Shown in pieces: positions 41,771 through 55,389 of a stretch of DNA of 64,000 bases (position 1 is the first letter of the stretch; every line of letters starts with the position of its first letter). The stretch comes from Octopus vulgaris (Eukaryota). The notes beneath the pieces were generated by a model. The model was not told the origin of the DNA. It worked only from the letters and a program-made list of their open reading frames with translations, and searched no databases. The stretch lies in the NCBI GenBank assembly GCA_951406725.2, contig OX597819.1:17236001-17300000 (forward strand), given 5' to 3'. Both the position numbers and the translations under genes were made by a program.

Positions 41771-41904
41771 AGCGTGGCTAGATATGTAACTACATGCATG
41801 AGAATACATACTTAAAACATACAAATCTGCACATACATACATACATACATACATACATACATACATACATACATACATACATACATACATACATACATAC
41901 ATAC

Positions 41905-42139
41905 AAACAAAAATACCGTTTTTGACGTTGAAATTGCAATGGAGGAACCTTGGATCTAGGTTAGAAACCGGTTCGTTCTCTATTGGCAAGATATCTTGAA
42001 ATAAGTTGAATAATGACATACATACAAACAAAATTACCCTGTTCTTGATGTTGAAGTTCCATTGAGGGCGCCTTGGATGTAGGTTAGAAAACGGTTCTTT
42101 CCCTATTGGCAAGAAATTTTGAAATAAGCTGAATGATGA
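41905..42139 (+). mobile_element. Two tandem copies of an about 112-bp element embedded in (CATA)n
   Basis: 41905-42016 and 42026-42139 are homologous and separated by CATACATAC; third copy at 52301-52417. Confidence 0.8.
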
Positions 42140-42373
42140 CATACATACAAACTGGGATTTTCAGAAAGAGAAATCGACCGGTTGATTCATTCATTATAAG
42201 TGCAATCTGTGAGTGGAACAGTAAAGATATGCAAGACTTTACTCAAGTTCCAAATGAGAATTTGTCTGTGTTAACTACATCCCAAACCTGAAGTCTTTTA
42301 TCTCTGTTGGAAACCGGCTCCCTCCTCGGTGGAAGATTTATAATAATTAAAAAATAGAAGAGGCATATACAAA

Positions 42374-42755
42374 CACAGGAGTGGCTGTGTAGTAAGAAGC
42401 TTGCTTCCCAACCACATGGTTCCGAGTGGCACCGAATGACACTTTGGGCAAGTGTCCTCTACTATAGCCTCGAGCCGACCAAAGTCTTGTAAGTGGATAT
42501 GGTAGAGGAAACTGAAAGAAGCCCGTCGTAGATATATGTGTGTGCGTGTTTGTTATTTGGTGTCTGTGCTTGTCCCCACACCATCGCTTGACAATCATGC
42601 TGGTGTATTTACGTCCCCGTAACTTAGCAGTTCGGCAAAAGAAACCGATAGAATAAGTACTAGGCTTACAAAGAATAAGTCCTGGGGCCGATTTGTTCGA
42701 CTGAAAGCTATGCTCTAGCATGGCCGCGCTCAAATGACAGAAACAAATAAAAGAA
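42374..42755 (+). mobile_element. SINE family B
   Basis: Match to the other B copies. Confidence 0.85.
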
Positions 42756-42771
42756 ATAATCATACATAACA

Positions 42772-42988
42772 TTAATAAATCTCCGAACGAGATATAAACA
42801 GTAACCGCTCGACAACGTAAAGTGTACTAGCCATCTGAATGTGGCTACCACTGGGGGTGGGGTGTTACTGACGCTTTTAGCCCCAGGGTCTAAGGCCCGC
42901 TGGAGACGTCGATCTCCTGGGGCTAAAAGCGTCAGTAACACCCCACCCCAGTGGCTAGCCACATTCAGATGGCTAGTACACTTTACGT
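42772..42988. mobile_element. Repeat family F palindromic insertion
   Basis: 73-bp arms at 42815-42887 and 42916-42988, 28-nt spacer; homologous to 16199-16360. Confidence 0.75.
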
Positions 42989-43185
42989 CATACATAACAT
43001 GTTTTTCTAGTAAGTTGATTGTTATGGCCGATCATTGGTTTCAAACCGATGAAGCTCCCAGGCCATTCGTCAGACTCAAACAGCTCTTTGAACTTCCTAA
43101 CAAATATATTACTGCCCCAAGGCTTTGGAATGTTTCTCTTTCGCATACATGGACTGCTGACAATATATTCTTTCATTCTTTTAGT

Positions 43186-43608
43186 ATTTTACTTGTTTCA
43201 GTCATTTGACTGCGACCATGCTGGAGCACCGCCTTTTGTCGAACAAGTCATTACCAGGCCTTATTCTTTGTAAGCCTAGTGCTTATTCTATCGGTGTCTT
43301 TTGTCGAACTGTCAAGTTACGGGGGTGTAAACACACCAGCATCGGTGGTCAAACGATGGTAGGTGGGTGGCGTGGGGAGGGTCAAACACAGACACGCAAA
43401 CATATACACACGCGCGCACACGATACATACACATGCATATGTACGATGGGTTTCTTTCAGTTTCCGTTTAGCAAATCCACTCACAAAGCTTTAGTGGGCC
43501 CGAGGCTGTAGTAGAAGACTACTTGCCCTAGGTGGCCACGCAGTGGGACAGAACCCGGAACCATGTGGTTGGGAAGCAAGCTTCTTACCACGCAGCCACT
43601 CCAGCGCC
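43186..43608 (-). mobile_element. SINE family B
   Basis: Match to the other B copies. Confidence 0.87.
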
Positions 43609-44030
43609 TATACACACACACACACACACACATTCACTCAGACATGTACACACACACACACACACATATGTGGTTGTGTTCGTGGTCATGTTGGCAGACT
43701 AAAAGACGTTTAATGTAAGTAAGGGAAAATGAAAGAATTGTAATTAAAGTGAAAACTGACAATAAAATGTAACTGGAATACTATATTTGTTTGAAACTGT
43801 ATTATTCTACGGCATATTACTAGTTTCACTTGTAAGATAAAGTAAACATTCGACATTGGTGTCTAATATCTTCATTTGCTTCCAGATTTCATTTACAAAT
43901 ACATCATTGAGACTTTACATATAGATATTAAACAGGTGGCTTTCTTTTATTGTACTGCTCTCATACACAGACTTTGTTTATGTGTCTAAATGTGTGTATA
44001 AGTGATATATATTTCTTTACTGCCCACAAG

Positions 44031-44236
44031 GGGCTACACATAGAGGGGACAAACAAGGACAGACCAAGGGATTGAGTCGATTATATCGCCCCCAGTGCGA
44101 AACTGGTACTTTATTTATCGACCCCGAAAGGATGAAAGGCAAAGTTGACCTCGGCGGAATTTGAACTCAGAACGTAACGACAGACGAAATACCGCTAAGC
44201 ATTTCGCCCGGCGCGCTAACGATTCTGCCAGCTCGA
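44031..44236 (-). mobile_element. SINE family A1
   Basis: Reverse-complement match to A1. Confidence 0.9.
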
Positions 44237-44249
44237 GCTACTTAACGCC

Positions 44250-45770
44250 TAGCAGATGCTCCGAATTACACGGGCTAATGTGAAGACTTCCTCGCAAAAA
44301 TGGAAGTTCTAACCAAATTAGACTAATATCAGGGTACTTCATATGCGAGATTTGAAATTACCATCGTCGGATGGCCCGATTTGGTTACTTTCTCAGGAAC
44401 GAAGCGGTGCAAACGAGGACTGTTGGAGTCCGTACAGAAACTGAACAAGATATAGATCGAACAAGTAGTACTCCAACCAATCAGACTAAACGCTATACTG
44501 GATCACTGCTTCGCAAATAACATGGATATCATCCATAATACGAATGACATCGTTGCTAATCTCGGATCACAATATGATAGAGCTGTTCATCTATGGACCG
44601 AAGGAAGTTGCAGACATGCGCCCTACATTCTACACCCCCAAACTCATCCTATCTGGAAATTCATAAACCAGACTGGAAATTCAGAAAGAGATCCTCAAAC
44701 GAGATTGGTCTAAATGTCTCTCCATATCGGACATCGGCATGAAACTGAAACAATTCATGTCCTTAGTGCAAGTCTTATGCTACAAATTTGTTTCAGAGAG
44801 AAAGGCTACCGTGCGGAACGACAGAATTCCCCAAAGAAAAGTTCTTGCAAGACAGCTTACAAAGATTGTTAAACCGCTTTAACAAACAGCTCAAAAGCGG
44901 TGAAAAATTCCGCCTGAAAATAGCACAAATGGAGATTGAGAAAAACATGCAACGCACTCTTGAAAAAGAGAGAACATGATAAAGAAGACTAGGTTATAGA
45001 AAATCTCTCTATATATAAACGGCAGTTTGTCTGTGTGTGTTTCTGTGTGTCTGTTTGGTTGTACCCTCACCCTGACCACGGCTTTCAACCGATTCTGATG
45101 AAACTTGACACACACATAGCCCAATGTCATAATTCAAAACTAACGCAGCGAAAATTTTGAAAAGTTCCCCCAGTTCTGAAAAATATCGATAAATTCGACA
45201 TGGGGTCGAGAATCAGAAACACAAACCACAGACTGTCTAGGGGACGCAACTCGACCTTTTTAACTCTCAAAAAAAATTTACCATCATTTTTTTCCCCATT
45301 TTTTTGCTATTTTTTGGCTATAACTCTCTAAAAATGCTTTATAGTTATTTCCCTTACAAACCTGAGCAACGCCGGGCGATACTGCTAGTAGAAAATAAAT
45401 CCCAAAGTATTCTTTAAATTTGCTAAAAAATGGTCTTATTGCATTATAAGGTAGAGCCAGCTTTCCAAAAACACGGCTCCCTGCGGTATCACGACATTGT
45501 CGGAAAACTAGGAGACCATATACATGGCTTTCTGAAGGAAAGAAGTCAGGCCATAGTAGCTAACGGGTGCTACCTCCTGAAAAATATAAATAGCAAGCGT
45601 ACCGCAGGGCATTGTTTTGGGAGCCTCTCCTGTTCATAGTGACTCTCTCAGATATGCCCTCAGCCACACAGAGCGTCTCCCTCACAAGGTGTGCAGATGA
45701 TACAAATGTCTCACAGATAAACCCTGAAGGTGCCACGCACCTACAAGAGTTTGAGGCAATATACAACAGT
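44250..45770 (+). mobile_element. CR1-like LINE remnant (APE end and RT core, deleted), interrupted by a Helitron
   Basis: QVVLQPIR..ILDHCFANN..(S)DHNMIEL (APE); NPKVFFKFAK; VPQGIVLG/PLLFIVTLSDMP..CADDT (RT motifs). Confidence 0.82.
45004..45388 (+). mobile_element. Non-autonomous Helitron
   Basis: A|TCTCTCTATATATAAAC ... CCTGAGCAACGCCGGG hairpin, CTAG|T. Confidence 0.88.
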
Positions 45771-45790
45771 GTGTTGGTACGCACGCACAA

Positions 45791-45852
<62 letters not shown>

Positions 45853-45856
45853 TATA

Positions 45857-46007
45857 GGGTTCTTTCAGTTTCCGTCTAATAAATTTACGCATAAGGCTTT
45901 GGTCGACCCGTGGCTATAGTAGAAGACACTTGCCGAAGGTGCCACGCTGTGGGACTGAATCGGGTACCATGTTGCTGGGAAGCAAATCCCACAGCCACTC
46001 CTGTGCC
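45857..46007 (-). mobile_element. SINE family B, 5' half
   Basis: Match to the B head and CORE-like region. Confidence 0.8.
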
Positions 46008-46109
46008 TAATACATATACACATACATTTGTACATACACAGCCTTAGGCATATATATATACATACGCAATGCATACTACATACAAAATTACAAATACGTG
46101 TGTATATTC

Positions 46110-46152
<43 letters not shown>

Positions 46153-46244
46153 TGTGTATGTATACAAATATGTTTATCTATCTATCTTTCTATTAATATA
46201 TGTATGTAAGTATGTATGTATGTATGTATGTATGTATGTATGTA

Positions 46245-46301
<57 letters not shown>

Positions 46302-46989
46302 GCATATATATGTACTTAAAATCGTGGCTATGGAATGATAAATCAGGTCATGGAATCATTAGCAAAAAAGGGAATTGTGACCCCACCTCACTAAAAATAC
46401 CCCAAATAGTAAATCCTAAAATGGGCCTAAAAATGACTTCTGAAATTTGATCCGAGAAGCCCTCCGTCACCCTCCACCTACAGTTTTCTGATCCCGCTTG
46501 AACTCTGTTTAGATAAACGAAAGGTTATCAACGATTTTGACGGTGAAAGCAAGAATCACATCTCTAACGACATCTGCTAAAACTAACCAACAACTTTTTG
46601 CTTTCAAGGAATTCCTTTCTCGGTTTCTGCTCGAAGCCCCTTATCGATAATTGCGCGTGCAATTAGATAGGAAAGGCTATGTATGTATGTGTGCATGCGT
46701 GTATGTGTGTGTGTGTTTTTGCGTGCATGTGTTCGCGCGCATGTGTTATCTGTGTGTGTGTGTGTCTGTGTGTATTATAAGTGTGTGTGTTCGCTCGCAT
46801 GTGTTGTCGGTGTGTGTGTGTGTGCGTCAGTTCGCGCGTGCGTTTGTTGTCTGTGCGTGTGTGTGTGTGTATGTGTGTCTTATAAGTGTGTATGTGTTTT
46901 CTTTTATGTGTTATTAGATGTGTGAGTTCTTTGCTGATTTTGCATGAGCACATATACTCTACTATGTACATGTACGTGTGTATATATAT

Positions 46990-48053
46990 ATAACGGGAAG
47001 CTTTATGAAAATAAACAAAAGACGAAGGCAGGTGGAAAACAAACGAACAATTGTATTAGTATGGCGCTCAGGAAATATAAATAAAACAAGTCTTTAACGT
47101 TTCGAGCCTACGCTCTTCAACAGAAAGATACACAGAGAGAGAAAAACACAGAAAGAAGGAGAGAAAAAAATGCGTGCAGTAGCTAACGAATCAACATGGC
47201 GATCTGATTTCGGCCAGAGGTCAAAGATCAAACATGAGACGCGAGAGCGAAATAAGGGGAGATAATAGGGTTGATAAAAGGGTTGAGGGACCAGCTAAAA
47301 GTGCGTGGGAGGGTCTGGATGTGTGTATGTATAGGGTTGGTGTATGTATTAGTATGTATAAGGGTGTGTGTGTGTGTGTGTGTGTATGAGAGAGTATTAG
47401 TGCGTAAGATTGGTCTGGACGTGCGTATGTATGGGGTTGGTGTATGTATTAGTATGTATTAGTATGTATTAGTACGTATTGGTATGTATAGGTGTGTGTG
47501 TGTGTGTGTGAGAGAGTATAAGTGCGTATGCGGGGTCTGGACGTGTGTATGTATAGGGTTGGTGTAAGTATTAGTATGTACTGGTATGTATTAGTACGTA
47601 TTAGTATGTATTAGTTGGTGTGTGTATTAGTATGGCACATCATATGTGATGTGATGTGTAAAGTCATGTGGTGTAGTGAGGAGAAGAGGGGGGGGGGAGA
47701 AGGGGGGGGGAGAGAAGAGGGGGAGGAGAGGGGGGAAGAGGAGAGGATGGGGGAGAAGGAAGGGGAGGAGGGGGATGAAGGAGGAAAGAGGGAGAGAGGG
47801 AGTGAGGGAGCAGAGGGAAGGGGAAGAGGGAGGGAGAAAGAGGGAAGAAGGGAAGGGGAGTAGGGGTGAAAGGATGAAGGACTGTAGAAGTAGGGGTCGG
47901 GGGGAGAAAGGATAGGTGAGGAGGGGGGAGAGGGGGGTTAGATGAGGAGGGGGGAGAGTTGAGAACAAATGGCGTATAAGAGCGAAGAGAGAAGATTAAT
48001 TCATGTTCACGGCGCAAACGGGAATCCGGATGGCCTCTGTGTAAGGACATATA
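46990..48053 (-). mobile_element. 5'-truncated Penelope-like element: GIY-YIG C-terminus plus pLTR with hammerhead motif
   Basis: 47955-48053 encodes HRGHPDSRLRREHELIFSLRSYTPFVLN (RE..LIFxLxTxxPxGLN PLE terminus), then a pyrimidine-rich spacer, tandem subrepeats and a hammerhead fold; (TA)n on both sides. Confidence 0.78.
47091..47128 (-). ncRNA. Minimal type I hammerhead ribozyme motif, variant core
   Basis: UCUUU CUGUUGA A GAGC-GUAG-GCUC GAAA CG UU AAAGA. Confidence 0.65.
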
Positions 48054-48061
48054 TATATAAA

Positions 48062-48733
<672 letters not shown>

Positions 48734-48776
48734 TATATCTATATCTATATATCTATATCTATATCTATATCTATAT

Positions 48777-49620
48777 ATGCTTCCTCCTTTATGGATTCGG
48801 CATATTATTCCCTCCTTCAGTTTGCTTGGCAGCCTGCCATTTGCAAGAAAGCTCTGGAAGAGAATCTGTAGTGGTTTCGCCAGGGCACGCTTACACGATT
48901 TGAGGAGGATTGCTGAGAAACCATCAGAATCAGCAATTGAGTTTGCGTCCACCTCATTTATGGCTAGTAGTAAATCTTCTTCGCTAATGTCGATGTATGC
49001 CATCGTAAGTGGAGGCGCAATGGCCCAGTGGTTAGGGCAGTGGACTCGCGGTCATAGGATCGTGGTTTCGATTCCCAGACCGGGCGTTGTGAGTGTTTAT
49101 TGAGCGAAAACACCTAAAAGCCCCACGACGTTCCGGCAGGGGATGGTGGTGATCCCTGCTGTACTCTTTCACCACAACTTTCTCTCACTCTTACTTCCTG
49201 TTTCTGTTGTACCTGTATTTCAAGGGGCCGGCCTTGTCACTCTCTGTGTCACGCTGAATATCCCCGAGAACAACGTTAAGGGTGCACGTGTCTGTGGAGT
49301 GCTCAGCCACTTACACGTTAATTTCATAAGCAGGCTATTCCGTTGATTCGGATCAACCGGAACCCTCATCGTCATAACCTATGGAGTGCTTCCACAAAAA
49401 AAAAAAAAAGTATTCCATCGTAACTGCCTCGCTGGTTATAGGTGAGGCAGCAAAGAAATCCACTGCTTCGTTCACTTGTCTGTGTTCCAACGGGGTCATT
49501 CAGTACCTCACTGATCCCAGTTGGACTATCTGTGAGGGAGCCATCCTTTTGGAAGAGGGGTTCTATTTTGCAGCGTACTGAGGCTGTTTCTTTGGCATAA
49601 TGAAAGAGGGCCTTTGGGTT
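48777..49620 (-). mobile_element. CR1-like LINE remnant (RT N-terminal region), interrupted by SINE C
   Basis: IDISEEDLLLAINEVDANS..DGFSAILLKSCKRALAKPLQILFQSFL..LPSKLKEGIICRIHKGGS. Confidence 0.85.
49009..49409 (+). mobile_element. SINE family C, tail type 2, full length
   Basis: A and B boxes; TSD core CCATCGTAA at 49000-49008 and 49415-49423. Confidence 0.92.
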
Positions 49621-49834
49621 TGACTTTATATATATTTATATATACATACATTGCATGTATGTATATACAAAAGGGTTCAGTATGAATCTGTACTGTGACA
49701 TAGAGCAATATTTCTTTCTTGAATACTATTTCGTTTCATTAACGTGTTTTAAGCAATGAAACCTTCAAAGGTTCCTCTAAAACCCGACAAAAAAAAGAAA
49801 GAAAGAAACAACACCACCTTATTTCTTCATCTTT

Positions 49835-49880
<46 letters not shown>

Positions 49881-49921
49881 ACTCTGCATGTATATATCTA
49901 TATTATCTATATCTATATCTA

Positions 49922-49994
<73 letters not shown>

Positions 49995-51124
49995 CTCTCT
50001 CTCTCTATATATATATATATGTATATATGTATATATATATATATATATATATGTATATGTACATATGTACATATATATAAGATCATATTTAGCCGGCAGT
50101 TCCATAAATAACGTTGCGGCAAAAATCAGAAATAATTCTAAGTTATATAGTTTCTGATATCCCAACACCGCACGCTGTCTGTTACTTAATTTCCCTTAGA
50201 CGTAAAAAGTTATGTGTGATTAAATGTTTTCTATCTCCCTTAGGCTGCAATTAATTAATTGATAACAACTGATCATCTGATAATACAAATGATAAAATAT
50301 TAAGTAATTATACTCATCTAAGTGTATGAAAGAAGGACGATATATATATAAGACACACACACACATATGTATGTACACATATATATGTATACACACACAC
50401 ATATATATATATAAATATATATATGTACATGTATATATATTTGTGTGTGTGTGTATATATATATATTTCTGACTTCATAAACGTATATCTCTCAACACCT
50501 ATCTATAAATGTGAAGCGTAAGTGCAAATACTTACATACGCATGCACATACACACACAGAAACACACTCTTATGTATATCTACACAGACACAAACATCGT
50601 ACAAACGCCCACATATTCACATCTTCCGCACAGCTGACTTCCTGTTTTATTATTTATCTTTTCAATATTTCCTTTTACCTTACTATTTCATATTATATAT
50701 ATTTGGCTTAGATATATAATATCCCTAAAAAAATTAATATAATTAATATAATTAATACAAATCCCTATTTCTTCCGCCGAAACATGGGCAAATGTCGAAG
50801 CCTCTAAATGATCAGTCAAACCCTCAGCAACCCTCAGATCAAACACTTTTGTCTATGAAAAGAGGACGTATTTAATAATTTATGTTGGCGTCCATAAAAA
50901 GGAGGGTTGGCCGTACTTGGGAGGTCCTTGAAGCGAGATATACTGTATAAAGATTGACTTGGGGCTGAGGAAGGTGAACAAGAAGAAATGCAACACAACA
51001 CTATCAAAAATATAACTAAATGAAACACGCAATTGTTTCCTATACTTGTATATAGGTACATCTCTCTCACTCTCTCTCTGTCTTTGTGTTTGTGCGTGTG
51101 TTTCTGTATGTGTCTGTTTATATA

Positions 51125-51545
51125 CTCTTTTTACTCTTTTACTCTTTTACTTCTTTCAGTCATTTAACTGCGGCCATGCTGGAGCACCGCCTTTAATCGA
51201 GCAACTCGACCCCGGGACTTATTCTTTTGTAAGCCCAACACTTATTCTATCGGTCTCTTTTGCCGAACCGCTAAGTAACGGGGACATAAACACACCAGCA
51301 TCGGTTGTCAAGCGATGTTGTGGGGGACAATCACAGACACACAAACACACACATGCATATATATATATATATACATATATACGACGGGCTTCTTTCAGTT
51401 TCCGTCTACCAAATCCACTCACAAGGCTTTGGTCGGCCCGAGGCTATAGTAGAAGACACTTGCCCAAGGTGCCACGCAGTGGGACTGAAACCGGAACCAT
51501 GTGGTTGGTAAACAAGCTACTTACCACACAGCCACTCCTGCGCCT
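51125..51545 (-). mobile_element. SINE family B, well preserved
   Basis: Full-length match. Confidence 0.92.
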
Positions 51546-51574
51546 ATATATGTAATTATATATATATTTTTTTT

Positions 51575-51905
51575 TTAATTCTTTAACCTGCGGTCATGCT
51601 GGGGCACCACCGTTGGCTGTGTTGCACCTCCATTATTTGAAACCTTCTCTGATATGTGGCATTTGGCGAATGAGGGAGTTTGATGCTGCTGCTCTCATCT
51701 GTGTTTCCTGCCATGTGGTAGGCTCATTTGGAACCCTGGACAGGAGGAGATCCAGTTTTGTTTTTAGGACACCTACATCCACATCATGCAGGTCTCCCAG
51801 ACATTTTGGAAGGATTGTGAAGAGCTGTGGTCCCTTGAAACCCAACTTGTTGCAGAATCTGGTCCTGTGTTTTAATGGCGTGGTGCCCCGTGCTGTTGCT
51901 TGCAT
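51575..51905 (-). mobile_element. CR1-like LINE 3' end
   Basis: RFCNKLGFKGPQLFTILPK..VLKTKLDLLLSRVPNEP..RAAASNSL, stop, then short 3'UTR ggtggtgccccagcatgaccgcag. Confidence 0.85.
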
Positions 51906-51932
51906 AATTTTCATATGTGTGTGTGTGTGTGT

Positions 51933-52243
51933 GTGGAGGCGCAATGGCCCTGTGGGTAGGGCAGCGGACTCGCAGTCGTAGGATTGCGGTTTCGTTTCCC
52001 AGACCGGGCGATATGAGTGTTTATTGAGCGAAAGCACCTAAAGCTCCACGAGGATCCGGCAGGGGATGGTGGCGATCCCTGCTGTACTCTTTCGCCACAA
52101 CTTTCTCACTCTTTCTTCTGTTGGCTTGCTCGCTTAGCCAGCGGGGTGGCGTCATTTGAAGGCTAAAACAATGCGAAGCGCATTGTGACCAGCGATGTGT
52201 AGCAACATCTGATAGCCTGGTCGGTCATGGTGATCACGGTGAT
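51933..52243 (+). mobile_element. SINE family C, tail type 1
   Basis: Match to 26597-26904. Confidence 0.9.
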
Positions 52244-52300
52244 ATATATATATATATATATATATATGCATGCATGTATGTATGCATGTATGTATGTATG

Positions 52301-52417
52301 TCCTTGTTCAGTTTTATTTCAAGATTTCTTTTGCCAATAGAGAAAGAACCAGTTTCTACCCTAGATCCGAGGTTCCCTCATTGGAATTTTAACATCACCA
52401 ACAGGGTATTTTTGTTT
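52301..52417 (-). mobile_element. Third copy of the about 112-bp (CATA)n-embedded element
   Basis: Reverse complement of the 41905-42016 unit, flanked by (TATG)n. Confidence 0.8.
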
Positions 52418-52608
52418 GTATGTATGTATGTATGTATGTATGTACGTATGTATGTATGTATGTATGCATGTATGAACGTACGTATGTATGTATGTATGCA
52501 TGTAAGTATGTATTCATATACCTATGTATGTATGCATGTATGTATTACTAAAACTTTCATCTAAAACAGCGAGGGGCCAGTTTACAAGTATTAAGAATTA
52601 CATGTATA

Positions 52609-53010
52609 TCTCTTATTATAAAAGGCAGATTTTATCTGCCTCCCTTTGGGAGTTATACAAATCTACAATATAGGATTTCTTCAATTACAATTTACCTGGC
52701 ATTTTTGAGAGTACAATGCATCGCGTCATGCCAGGTCCAGTTTTTAAAATTTAAACTCCAATTAAGCAAAATTTACAGAAAACTCACATTCTGTGTGTGT
52801 GTGTCAAATGCTTTTCTTAGTCTGGTTTACACCACACGCAAACGCACACACACAGTGGGCAACGAATAAAATGAAAGTAAATAGCGACAGAGTGATTTGA
52901 GGAAGACTAAAGTGAAAGTATTCTGTCTATGACGCTGATAGATATATGAGTAAAATGTATGGGAAGCTAAGAGCTAAGAGTGAGTGAAAATGTTCTTGGA
53001 AGAGAGTAAT
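52609..53010 (+). mobile_element. Possible Helitron 5' portion
   Basis: A|TCTCTTATTATAAAAGGCAG start resembles the other Helitron 5' ends; no 3' hairpin or CTAG seen. Confidence 0.45.
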
Positions 53011-53056
53011 TAGTAATAAAGTAAACATACACTCATACATACATACATACATACAT

Positions 53057-53091
<35 letters not shown>

Positions 53092-53393
53092 TACACACAC
53101 ACATACATACACACACACATACATACATACACACATACATACATACATACATATACATACATACATACATATACATACATACATACACACACACACATAC
53201 ACACACACACAGTATTGAAGCTTGAGAACAATCAGATACATTTGCAACACATCTGTTGAAAATATTATTGTTCACACACATACATATACATATATACATA
53301 CAGACAGACAGACAGATAGACACACACACACACACACACATGATCCAGCATGGCCACAACCTCAAGGCTGAAACATATAAAAGAATAACAGAA

Positions 53394-53757
53394 TATAAAT
53401 GTGTGCAAAGTACAAGAAATATTAATGCAGTATATGGGGATTGGACAATAAGCGTAAGGCAGTGTCAATGGTGGTTCCAGAAATCCCGAGCCATAAACTA
53501 CAGCCTAGAAGACGAGCCTCATCCGGAAAGATCTGTAGAACTCGACAAGGACATCCTGAAAACCCTGGTGGAACAAAATATCATCGTAACTGTTGAGGAA
53601 CTAGCAGAGAAGCTTGGATTTGGTCATTCAACCATTCATTGACACCTGTGTGCTATCGGAAAAGTCAGCAAATTGGGTCAATGGGTTCCTCATGAACTTT
53701 CCGAGTCTAATTGCATGCAGAGAGTGAATGTATGCTTTTCTTTGCTGTCATATCTCA
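53394..53757 (+). pseudogene. Mariner (Mos1/SETMAR-like) transposase N-terminal remnant
   Basis: RNINAVYGD..VRQCQWWFQK..SLEDEPHPER..TVEELAEKLG..STIH*HL..GKVSKLGQWVPHEL. Confidence 0.9.
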
Positions 53758-53777
53758 CCACTACTGCGCTATGTATA

Positions 53778-54414
53778 TCTATATATATAAAACTGTAGTT
53801 GTGTGAGTGTCTGTCCCCTTCGATTTAGATTCCTAACTACTCCCACATTTTGCGGTACAGTTTAACCAAATTCGGGTAGCTTATAGTCGTGATTCATATC
53901 GAGCCCGTCTGAATATTAGCGCGCGTCTACGATGAGTCTACGATTTTAAAAATAATTTAACATCATTTTTTATTCCATTTTAATGCATAATTTTTCGTGT
54001 GTCGATGGCGGCGGAGTTGGCGTCCACGCTCACACCTGCACCTGTGGGGAAGGGAGTGTAAGGAAATCAACGTCGTAATGCGTTGTCAAGGAGACCAGTG
54101 TTCTTTTAGAACAACGACTTCATGGCTTGAAGACACCAAAACAGAAATGGCTAAGAAAGCGTCTACATGAGTCTACGATTTAAAAAAAAATTTACCATCG
54201 TTTTTTTTCCATTTTAATGCATTTTTTCGCTATTATATAAGGGAAGTAACTCTCTAAAAATGTCTACGATGAGTCAACGATTTAAAAAAAAATTTACCAT
54301 CATATTTTTTCCATTTTTAATGCATTTTTTGCTATTTTTTGGCTATAACTCTCTAAAAATGCTTATATAGTTATTTCCCTTACAAACCCGAGCAACGCCG
54401 GGCGATACTGCTAG
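53778..54414 (+). mobile_element. Non-autonomous Helitron with extra internal segment
   Basis: A|TCTATATATATAAAA ... CCCGAGCAACGCCGGG hairpin, CTAG|T; homologous to 6254-6653. Confidence 0.88.
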
Positions 54415-54761
54415 TATATATATATATATATCTGTTTGTGTATGGTAAATTGTATGTCTTCTTTTTAAGAGTATACGTAGAAATAAAAACAAAACGTGAG
54501 ACATTCTTAATATGATGTTTGTTTACGCCATCTTAATATATGTTTAATTACCATAAAGGCGATCATTATGTACATAGTACGATTTACATAACTAAGATCT
54601 AATTTCAAATCGTCAGATATCCGTAACTACTTCTATTCTAACATTATAATGTAACAGATATGATTACGGCCTCTGAAGGTTTCTCATAAAGTCTTGATAA
54701 TGTAATTTGTATTGTGTAACAAATAAACACATTGTGTTAAACATGCATTATTTTATGTGTG

Positions 54762-54817
<56 letters not shown>

Positions 54818-54868
54818 ACGTTATATATATATATATATTATAATATATATATATATATTATATAATAC

Positions 54869-54906
<38 letters not shown>

Positions 54907-54911
54907 AAAAG

Positions 54912-55038
54912 CAAAACTGTCCGACGAACGGGAACTTGAGTCGCTGAGTAACAGTTTTTGTGATAGTTTTGCTGCTTGTTAATAAAGCATATTACTCTAC
55001 CTCTCGTATTCGAGTATAAATTTTTCCACCTTTTCGCA
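54912..55038 (+). mobile_element. PLE-like pLTR remnant, same family as 48552-48733
   Basis: ctgtCCGACGAacgggaac..gagTAacag (decayed hammerhead) followed by AATAAA; next to (TA)n. Confidence 0.6.
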
Positions 55039-55100
55039 ATTATGTGCTTACTCTAGGTTACACACCCATCCACACACATACACATATGTATATGCATATG

Positions 55101-55178
<78 letters not shown>

Positions 55179-55293
55179 GATGATATATACATGATACATG
55201 CACGCACACACACGCACACAGAGAAACACACAGAGATACACAGACTATTTTAGCTGCAAAATGTTCCAAACGTATCTTTACAGGAATATACAT

Positions 55294-55389
<96 letters not shown>

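Noticed and set aside
50740-51050. Possible PLE remnant with CTGAGGAAGG
   Set aside because: No complete hammerhead fold and no convincing peptide match.
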